DNA from: Candidatus Hermodarchaeota archaeon
GTDB taxonomy: Archaea; Asgardarchaeota; Hermodarchaeia; Hermodarchaeales; Hermodarchaeaceae
Direction of reading: 5' to 3'
DNA: 22,199 nt
Assembly (NCBI GenBank): GCA_016840065.1
Contig: JAEOTB010000083.1
Coordinates: 1-22,199 of the forward strand
Shown here: positions 15,595 through 22,199 of the stretch, one piece after another
Position numbering within the stretch: the stretch's first letter is position 1
How the letters are laid out: each line of letters opens with the position of its first letter
Translations under genes and position numbers: made by a program
Notes under the pieces: generated by a model
Told to the model about the DNA's origin: nothing
Seen by the model: the letters and a program-made list of their open reading frames with translations, nothing else
Database searches by the model: none

Positions 15595-17007
15595 TTATTC
15601 CTCTTTCCATTTGCCCTCTTGGATGTATGGCCCTATGCCGCTTGAGTCTCTGGGCCCTACCTTTACAGTCCATCCGCTGGCTTCTTCGGTTTCACCGCTG
15701 ATTCGGGCGGCCATACCGGGGCTGACGAGGATACGGTGTTTGACCTTCTCCTCGACTTTGTACTCTTTGAGGGCTTCGGCTACCGTTTCGGCTGTTAATT
15801 TTCTTCCTGCGGTTGCGGATTGTATGCTGAGCCCTTCGGTATCCACTACAACGAGCCAGCATGTGACGCCAGCTTGTTTTATGTCAGATTCGACAGTAAA
15901 GTAGGTCAAAGCGAAGTTGCTTGTGTACAAGACAGGTGAATCGGGACCTGGATCTCCAAATTCCTTGAGGCCAGGTTCTACTGCAACGGGTTTAACCGGG
16001 TCGGTGTAGATATTTGTCTTGAGGAAGGTAAGCGGGAGTTGTACCCACATATCAGCACTGTGGAGGACTAGGATGCTTGCATAGCGAGTAATCATAGCTG
16101 CACCAGCTAGGGTTTCCTGCCATTTCGCAAGCTCTGGAGCATCTCCTTCCTTGTGGTCACCCCAGACCGATATCGGAGTAGCAAGGAGCGGGAATCCAAG
16201 ACCGAGGTCTTTTTCTCGGGTTGCGGCTCGACGGAGCTGGCTGAAATCGTCAACTGTGGCTCCGAGGGCTGCACCAAATTCGTTGCCTGGATCAAGTACA
16301 ACATCGATTCCCATCTGGTCTAGTGTCGTAGCGAGAGATTTGAGTGCTGTGAGGTCACCAGGTGAATAGGCAACGAGCGGACATTTGTGTTTAATGGCGA
16401 TGTTTGCCACTTGCTGCCAACTCTCTGTTGTCGCCGCATAAAGTAGAGGTCTGCGGGATGCGAGGGAATCTGCCGCCTGTTTTAGCATGTTAGGGTCAAG
16501 TGAACAGAGCATGATGGGCCACTGGGTGAGTTCGCCTAAGGTTTTGGCTGCCTTGGCGAAGGTCGCTGGGTCACCTGAGACGCCTCGTAAAGCGATACCG
16601 TTTAAGCGCAGGTCCATGCCGATATAGATGTAACTCCATTCTTCAATCTCTTTGACCCGTTTCTTCATCTTATCGGGGGAGGCTGTGTCTGGTACATCGA
16701 TGAAAAGCGCGGTGGGGTTCATATAGCGTAAGTCGTGACGGAAGAGGACTAATTCACCGCCAATCTTTACGCTGTGTTCTCCTGTACCAATCACTACTTC
16801 CTTAACGGGGGGTCGCATCAGTTCTTGGAGCTTAGCTAACTTGTCCTTGTATTTTGTTTCAGTGAAGAAGGGTTTACAGGCTTCGATTGTAATAGTGTAT
16901 TCGGCTAGCTTGGTCGCATAGGCCATACAGTTGGCTTCTCCACATTCTCCACAATTGGTTTGGGGGAGGAGTGGGTAGATGTCCATGGGTCCAGCACGAG
17001 ATGTCAA
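15595..17007 (-). CDS. cdhE: Acetyl-CoA decarbonylase/synthase gamma subunit (corrinoid Fe-S protein large subunit)
   Basis: LPQTNCGECGEANCMAYA...C Fe-S motif, IGGELVLFRH, NIYTDP, TSNFALTYFTV and VGPRDSS. TTG start after GAGGCGAT. Confidence 0.96.
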   Translation of the reverse strand: MTSRAGPMDIYPLLPQTNCGECGEANCMAYATKLAEYTITIEACKPFFTETKYKDKLAKLQELMRPPVKEVVIGTGEHSVKIGGELVLFRHDLRYMNPTALFIDVPDTASPDKMKKRVKEIEEWSYIYIGMDLRLNGIALRGVSGDPATFAKAAKTLGELTQWPIMLCSLDPNMLKQAADSLASRRPLLYAATTESWQQVANIAIKHKCPLVAYSPGDLTALKSLATTLDQMGIDVVLDPGNEFGAALGATVDDFSQLRRAATREKDLGLGFPLLATPISVWGDHKEGDAPELAKWQETLAGAAMITRYASILVLHSADMWVQLPLTFLKTNIYTDPVKPVAVEPGLKEFGDPGPDSPVLYTSNFALTYFTVESDIKQAGVTCWLVVVDTEGLSIQSATAGRKLTAETVAEALKEYKVEEKVKHRILVSPGMAARISGETEEASGWTVKVGPRDSSGIGPYIQEGKWKEE

Positions 17008-17145
17008 ATAATCGCCTCTGTAGTTGCCAAACTAGACGGTTTGAATAAAAAATCCTTTCTGAACCACAGTTTTTCATGAATATTCCATACACGAAATTAT
17101 GCGGGCGCCTAGAACGGTATATCCCATGGTTAGTTTGAAGTTCTG

Positions 17146-17541
17146 TTATTTTTCTGGTCTAAGGGTTAGAATGGAGGTTTGGGGGTTGTCTCTATCAACA
17201 CCTTCTGGGACATGTTGGGTGTCGATTGTTGTCCACTGATCTTCTTCCTGTCTGATGGAGGAGATTTCAAGGAAGCCATTCTTTCCTTTCCAGAGCTTTA
17301 GCCGGATTTCTTCTTTGTCTGTTTCTACGTCGAACTGTACGGTGGCTTCACGGTTGTTGCCCTTCTCTTTGTAGACGCTGACGATATTCCGTGTTAGCAC
17401 TAGCTTGAGGTCTTCACAGTTTTCAGCTGCCACAGTAATGCCAAAATCTTCGTAGAAGCCCCAACTGCCCTGGTCTTCAGGATCTATTTGAGCATGAAAT
17501 TGGTCTGCGTTTGATCTCATTTTGATTCTGTACGTGGTCAT
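17146..17541 (-). CDS. Hypothetical acidic beta-rich protein
   Basis: 131-aa ORF with GAGGGAT RBS; fills the gap between cdhE and the propeller gene. Confidence 0.65.
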   Translation of the reverse strand: MTTYRIKMRSNADQFHAQIDPEDQGSWGFYEDFGITVAAENCEDLKLVLTRNIVSVYKEKGNNREATVQFDVETDKEEIRLKLWKGKNGFLEISSIRQEEDQWTTIDTQHVPEGVDRDNPQTSILTLRPEK

Positions 17542-17610
17542 GTTTATCCCTCGGGGGTTTCAATTCGTTCTTCTTACTTTTAAGAGTTAGCTAGTCATAC
17601 TCGACCTGTT

Positions 17611-19281
17611 CTAGATGGGAAGAAAGAAAATGCCCAAACTCAGAGCTAGCATAATAGTGACTCCAGCGATTATGAGAAGGAGTCTTCCTCTTCCCCTTCT
17701 TTTGAAACCCACCTTAATCAGAATAATCATGAGGGCTAGGGTAATTCCTGCTATACTAAGCAGTATAGCTAGCTTCAGTGGTGTTGGTGTGACAGTGACT
17801 TGAAAAGTGCCTTGAAGTTGGTTACCATGAGTATCGTTGACCATCACTTGAACTACATGAGTTCCAATTGGAAGAGGTTGTGTGTTAGTAATAACTCCCG
17901 AATCGTCAATTGCGAACAAGGGCGAGTCAACCAATTGCCAGGTGTCCAAGCCTTGAGGATCTTGAGCGCTCAGATCATATGAAAAAGGTAATCCGAAACC
18001 AACAATCTGATCAATCGGTGGATCCTCCCAGATTGGTGGAACATCATCTGGTAAGCGAACGAGCCAGACATCCATCCCAGAAGCAACCGTAGTCTGGTTT
18101 ATGTAACCAGCAAAGGCCAATCCTCCACCGTTGCACTCTGTTATTGAATAAGCTTGAACTTGGTTTTGTAAACCATAAACTTGTAACTGCATTTGGGCGC
18201 CCGTTTCGTTTGTACGGATTAACCATGCATTCTCATTGGCACCAGAACCTGTTGTACTTGCTGTGATAGCGAATCCGCCACCTGAATATTCCACCACTGA
18301 GGTCCCAAGGCCCCCCATCACTTCAACATATGATTGGTTCCAGATTAGTTGACCGTCTGGATCGATACGGAGTAGCAGTGGTTGGAACCAGGGTTCATAG
18401 AGAACCTCGCAGGTGTAACCGACAATTGCTAGGTCACCGTTATCACATTCAATTATCGACTCGGCGTAATCGTAGTTCCTGTTATCAAAATACTTGGTCC
18501 ACATGTGTCCTCCCGTTGAGTTGATGCGGACAAGTTGTATGTCGGTGAATCCGCTTTGCTTCCGGTGTCCTGTGATGGCAAAACCTGCATCACTGCTACA
18601 CTCTGTGATATCCCAGCCAAATTCAGTTTCATTGGTTCCAATCACTGTATCCCAGAGGAGGTTGCCCTGGATATCGGTTCTAACTACCCACACATCCCCG
18701 ATTTCTGCTCCATAGTTGAAGGTTGTCCCAGCAACGGCGAAGCCATGATCGCTACACTCTACCAGGGATATTCCAAAGTCGCTGGCGCTAGAATTACCGA
18801 ATATCTTCATCCAGCGAAAAGCACCATCACTGTTGGTTCGGAGTAATATCATGTACTCGCTAGTTAGGTTGGCGAGGATTCCAGCAATCGCGTAACCTCC
18901 GTCATAACATTCAACCAGAGTGAAACCATATTCCATACTGAGTGGGTCTTGGATGCCGTAGTTATTGCTCCAGAGGAGATTCCCCTGACTGTCCGTTCGA
19001 ATTAGGAGTATGTCTTCGTTCCAGTTGGGGTAGGTATAGTTAATTCCAGCAATCGCGAAACCCCTGTCTGCACACTCAACTAGAGACCATCCTTCCTCAT
19101 TCACATTCGGATCAGCGTTTCCTAGGCTCTTATTCCAAATTGGTTCATGGGATTGGTAGCTTCTTGGTGAGAACGCAATTGTCGAATGGGAGTATTGGAA
19201 AGGAAAGTAGTTTGCAGCCTGAATGTAGCTAATTGAGGTAAGAAGCAAAGCGGCAAGAAGGTAGACGCTCCTGTTAGACAT
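17611..19281 (-). CDS. Secreted, membrane-anchored 7-bladed beta-propeller plus Ig/cadherin-like domain protein
   Basis: Signal peptide; seven ~50-aa repeats; DDVPPIW...VNDTHGN...QVTV Ig-like module; two C-terminal TM helices; many N-x-S/T sequons. Confidence 0.85.
   Translation of the reverse strand: MSNRSVYLLAALLLTSISYIQAANYFPFQYSHSTIAFSPRSYQSHEPIWNKSLGNADPNVNEEGWSLVECADRGFAIAGINYTYPNWNEDILLIRTDSQGNLLWSNNYGIQDPLSMEYGFTLVECYDGGYAIAGILANLTSEYMILLRTNSDGAFRWMKIFGNSSASDFGISLVECSDHGFAVAGTTFNYGAEIGDVWVVRTDIQGNLLWDTVIGTNETEFGWDITECSSDAGFAITGHRKQSGFTDIQLVRINSTGGHMWTKYFDNRNYDYAESIIECDNGDLAIVGYTCEVLYEPWFQPLLLRIDPDGQLIWNQSYVEVMGGLGTSVVEYSGGGFAITASTTGSGANENAWLIRTNETGAQMQLQVYGLQNQVQAYSITECNGGGLAFAGYINQTTVASGMDVWLVRLPDDVPPIWEDPPIDQIVGFGLPFSYDLSAQDPQGLDTWQLVDSPLFAIDDSGVITNTQPLPIGTHVVQVMVNDTHGNQLQGTFQVTVTPTPLKLAILLSIAGITLALMIILIKVGFKRRGRGRLLLIIAGVTIMLALSLGIFFLPI
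18052..19098 (-). repeat. Seven degenerate protein-level propeller repeats
   Basis: Consensus E/DxGxSLVECxDGGFAIAG...D(V/I)WL(I/V)RTDxxGxxxW occurs 7 times. Confidence 0.85.
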
Positions 19282-19336
19282 TACTCACTCTTCCTGAAAC
19301 CAGATTATTTACCAGTTGGAGGGGCTGTTACTATCA

Positions 19337-20623
19337 TTAGATTAGACTGTTGAAACCTTTAATTTGATTGCAGGCTGCGACAAGACGGGGTGCAATGCTT
19401 TTCACGAACTCGTCAGGCTTTTCGAAGGCTTGTTCACGGTTTCCCCTAAAGAATGTGAGTGCCTCTTCGCCGTCATAGTCAACAGTGGCGATGCGGATAC
19501 AGAGATTTTCTACTGGCATGCCAAACTCGGAGCCGGGTAGGCTAGCCACATTCCACTTCTTCAGAAGTTGTTCCGCTAACTCCTTTGATGTTGTGATTCC
19601 CATCCCCTTGAGGACTTTTTGGTGCTCGTTCCAGTCTGGCATGAGATAGAAAGCCCCTTGGGGTGGTGGGCATCTTATTCCGGCTTCATGGATTTGTTTG
19701 TAGACATAGCGTGTAGCTAATTCGTGGATATTGGCGCAGTCGCGTATGTAGTCTAAAATTTCAGGGGTTGTTTGGTATGCTTGGATGGCTGCGTACTGGA
19801 TTGGTGCGGCGACACAGGACCAGGTCTCACTACCTATTGAACAAATCGAGGTTAGTAAAGATTGCTCATCCTCTGGGAATAGCATGACTCCAACTCGGAA
19901 TCCTCCCAGTGAGCGGTCTTTAGATAATCCTCCTGTGACCAGTGTTCCCTCAGGGTAGAATTCAGCTATACTATGATGTTCCTGTCCTTTGAAGCTAACA
20001 AGACCGTAGATTTCATCGGATAAAACAATAACATTGTAGTCCCGAGCTACTTTTGCCAGCGCCTTCAGCTGCTCTGCAGAGAAGCTGTGCCCAGTTGGGT
20101 TGCATGGATAGTTCAAGAGCAATACCTTCTGATCACTGGGATTCTGCGTGTTTTGCTGAAGACTCTGCTCGAAGGCTTCAGGCGTGAGACGATAGGAATC
20201 CTCTGGAATCGTTTTTACATGATAGACTTCTTTCCCCAGTAATCTAGCTTGGTGCTGGTAACTTACCCAAGAAGGAGCGGGAAGAAAAAGAGGCCCCTCC
20301 AATGCTACCAAGGCATCAAAGAGTAGAACCTTACTTCCTGGACCAACGACTATCTGATCAGCGGAGTATTGGAGATTGAACACCTTGTCGTAGAACTTTG
20401 ATATCTGCTCCCTTAGTGGTTTGATTCCTTGAGTTGCTAGATAGCTCTTCTGCCCAGCATTTTCACACAATGCCTTGCGAACAAGAGGATGGACTGGGAA
20501 GGGTGACTCACCGAAGCCCATGTGGAGTATCTCCTCGCCTTGCTTTCGTCTCTGAGTTATTAACTCGTTGATGGCAAGGGTTGCTGATGGCTTGATTCGT
20601 TTGGCTGCCTTGGACAACTGCAT
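19337..20623 (-). CDS. PLP-dependent class I/II (aspartate-type) aminotransferase
   Basis: GFGESPF, VGPGSK, PSWVSY, NYPCNPTG, SDEIY, GLSKDRSLGGFRVG (PLP lysine) and GAFY. Confidence 0.93.
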   Translation of the reverse strand: MQLSKAAKRIKPSATLAINELITQRRKQGEEILHMGFGESPFPVHPLVRKALCENAGQKSYLATQGIKPLREQISKFYDKVFNLQYSADQIVVGPGSKVLLFDALVALEGPLFLPAPSWVSYQHQARLLGKEVYHVKTIPEDSYRLTPEAFEQSLQQNTQNPSDQKVLLLNYPCNPTGHSFSAEQLKALAKVARDYNVIVLSDEIYGLVSFKGQEHHSIAEFYPEGTLVTGGLSKDRSLGGFRVGVMLFPEDEQSLLTSICSIGSETWSCVAAPIQYAAIQAYQTTPEILDYIRDCANIHELATRYVYKQIHEAGIRCPPPQGAFYLMPDWNEHQKVLKGMGITTSKELAEQLLKKWNVASLPGSEFGMPVENLCIRIATVDYDGEEALTFFRGNREQAFEKPDEFVKSIAPRLVAACNQIKGFNSLI

Positions 20624-20643
20624 GTTTTTTCAAACCTTTATCT

Positions 20644-22077
20644 TCAATCTCTTCTGAACATTCTTTCGGTCCTTCTTCTTAGGGTTAGACGTATTCCAAA
20701 GTAGAGCGCAAGAGTAATCACAACTGATGCAACAAACAATAGAGCACCCAGCGACCATGTCAGCGAAGCCGGGTCATAGAAGAATAATGCAATAATCTCA
20801 GTAGCCAGTGTGACGATGAACACTAGCTGAAGATTCCGGAGCATCGTACTCTCTTGCTGACTGATTCGTATAGTCAGGACTTCTCGCTCCCTGTTAAGAG
20901 CCACCTGCATCTTGGATAAGAGCCCTTCCAAAGCCTCTTGATACTCAAATCCATGGAGCGCTTCAATCATTTCAACGAATAGTGTCAACTTGAGTATCGA
21001 GGTGAACATTAAGCGGCGGACCTTGAAAATCATAAGGTCATCGCTTATCTCCAAGGAGATCCGAGTAAACTCTTCTTCCAGATCACGAATCTCTTCTGCG
21101 AGGGTTGCTTCATTCAGTTGTTTTTCATGGAGCTGCTGGATGGCGAGTTGAAGCTGAATCGCCTCCTTCGAGATATTTGTAACATGTTTCAAACTGAGGA
21201 ACCGTTGTACATTCCCCATCTCGCAGCCAAAGATGATGTCGACCAGTTTATTCTTGAAAGCCTCAGGGTTCACCAATGCTTGGTTAGGCACTATAACATT
21301 ACCAGCGTTAGTGATGTAGACTATACTATTCTCATAGGGACTCCAGTTCTTGAGCTGCTTGCCATAGAAATCGATGGAGAGGGTCTGCCACGTATCGGAC
21401 CGCTGGGTCAATCCAAGCGCATGGCGGAAGTACTTGCCCCCTGGGAGGAACTCCTTTTGCCAGGTATCGTTGGCAAGGGCTTGTTTGGTGGTGTTCTCCG
21501 TTTTACGGATAATCCAGTTGTGATGCCATGGCTGTGTTTGCATTAAATCCTCGCTTCGGCGCTTAGTAACTGATGAACTCTTACGGAGGATGTTGATGAG
21601 CTTTATTCGTTCTCCGATCATGAACTCCCATAGTGACATACCTTTACCTTGAAGCTGGACATCCCTTGGAGATGAACCTCTAACAAGCCTGGAAACAGTG
21701 TACTCTTTGGAGAATTCCAATTTACAGTCAAACAAGAGGCAGCCTCCATAGTGGAGATGCGCTTGAATCTTAATAGACCCCTCCGTGCCACTCGAGCTGG
21801 TAAATGTATCCTCGGCGACATTGATTATCAGTGGCATATATTGCTGGGCCGTTGATGCCAGCCATCCCACCTTCTCTGAATACCCAGAACTGTCCTCATA
21901 AACAAACTCGGGGGCATCCTTGGCGCTTCCATAGGGAAAGACATAACCAGCTTTCCGAAGTAGTTTCTGCATCGAGTCACTTTCTTGAGAATGAAGGAAG
22001 GGATTGTAGGCTAGCCCAGTATCATATAGCTGCCAGAAGACAAGGCTTACCTTCAACCGGAGTTCCCTTTCACTCAT
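20644..22077 (-). CDS. Hypothetical membrane protein with CorA-like architecture
   Basis: Soluble alpha/beta N-terminus, long heptad helices, two C-terminal TM segments and a basic tail; no GMN motif. Confidence 0.65.
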   Translation of the reverse strand: MSERELRLKVSLVFWQLYDTGLAYNPFLHSQESDSMQKLLRKAGYVFPYGSAKDAPEFVYEDSSGYSEKVGWLASTAQQYMPLIINVAEDTFTSSSGTEGSIKIQAHLHYGGCLLFDCKLEFSKEYTVSRLVRGSSPRDVQLQGKGMSLWEFMIGERIKLINILRKSSSVTKRRSEDLMQTQPWHHNWIIRKTENTTKQALANDTWQKEFLPGGKYFRHALGLTQRSDTWQTLSIDFYGKQLKNWSPYENSIVYITNAGNVIVPNQALVNPEAFKNKLVDIIFGCEMGNVQRFLSLKHVTNISKEAIQLQLAIQQLHEKQLNEATLAEEIRDLEEEFTRISLEISDDLMIFKVRRLMFTSILKLTLFVEMIEALHGFEYQEALEGLLSKMQVALNREREVLTIRISQQESTMLRNLQLVFIVTLATEIIALFFYDPASLTWSLGALLFVASVVITLALYFGIRLTLRRRTERMFRRD

Positions 22078-22099
22078 CGCATTTGCTCCTCGGTTTGTT

Positions 22100-22199
22100 T
22101 TAGTACACGGTTACACTTCGAGCCCCAGGTAACTTTCTGATTTCACCGATCAGGTTTGGTGGAATATCACCCTCGATGATTAAGATTAGTTTTGGATGA
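22100..22199 (-). CDS. C-terminus of an archaeal ACT-domain amino-acid-metabolism regulator (COG2150-like), 5' truncated
   Basis: Not in the ORF track. Hand translation HPKLILIIEGDIPPNLIGEIRKLPGARSVTVY* resembles the PKLxIIxExxIP..L..IRKxPGVxSVxxY ending of this family. Confidence 0.65.
   Translation of the reverse strand, partial: HPKLILIIEGDIPPNLIGEIRKLPGARSVTVY

Noticed and set aside
1722-22103. Many 60-140 aa ORFs overlapping the main genes (e.g. 4377-4760, 8951-9373, 14672-15097, 21118-21546)
   Set aside because: Antisense or out-of-frame shadows of well-supported genes, with no recognisable motifs.
1-22199. CRISPR arrays, tRNA/rRNA, IS elements, integrases
   Set aside because: No spaced direct repeats, cloverleaf motifs, terminal inverted repeats or transposase/integrase motifs were seen by eye.

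Overview
Archaeal chromosomal window, probably from an Asgard archaeon. That assignment is an inference from the H4MPT-type Wood-Ljungdahl genes, a stand-alone Roadblock protein, GGTGA-type RBSs and an Ig/cadherin-like surface domain of a type I associate with Thorarchaeia-like genomes. Pyrimidine genes: pyrD-pyrC-pyrK (pyrK truncated) and pyrG plus a dCMP deaminase. C1/Wood-Ljungdahl genes: mer, cdhE, a CooC/AcsF ATPase and DUF3786. Also present: a PadR-zinc ribbon/HAAS membrane pair with a clear operator palindrome, an AbrB-PhoU regulator, a membrane-anchored 7-bladed propeller, a class I/II aminotransferase, a CorA-like protein and a truncated ACT-domain regulator. The best candidate for a new system is the coupled, unannotated pair at 3009-5508 (a possible tandem longin-like protein with a Zn-ribbon insertion, plus an all-helical partner). 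Other leads are a 27-bp G-U-containing RNA hairpin, sharp local G/T-to-A/C strand-composition flips around AT-rich palindromes, and a CTP synthase with a 13-aa insertion next to its ammonia gate. No tRNA, rRNA, CRISPR array or mobile element was seen. All family calls come from motif recognition, not database searches.
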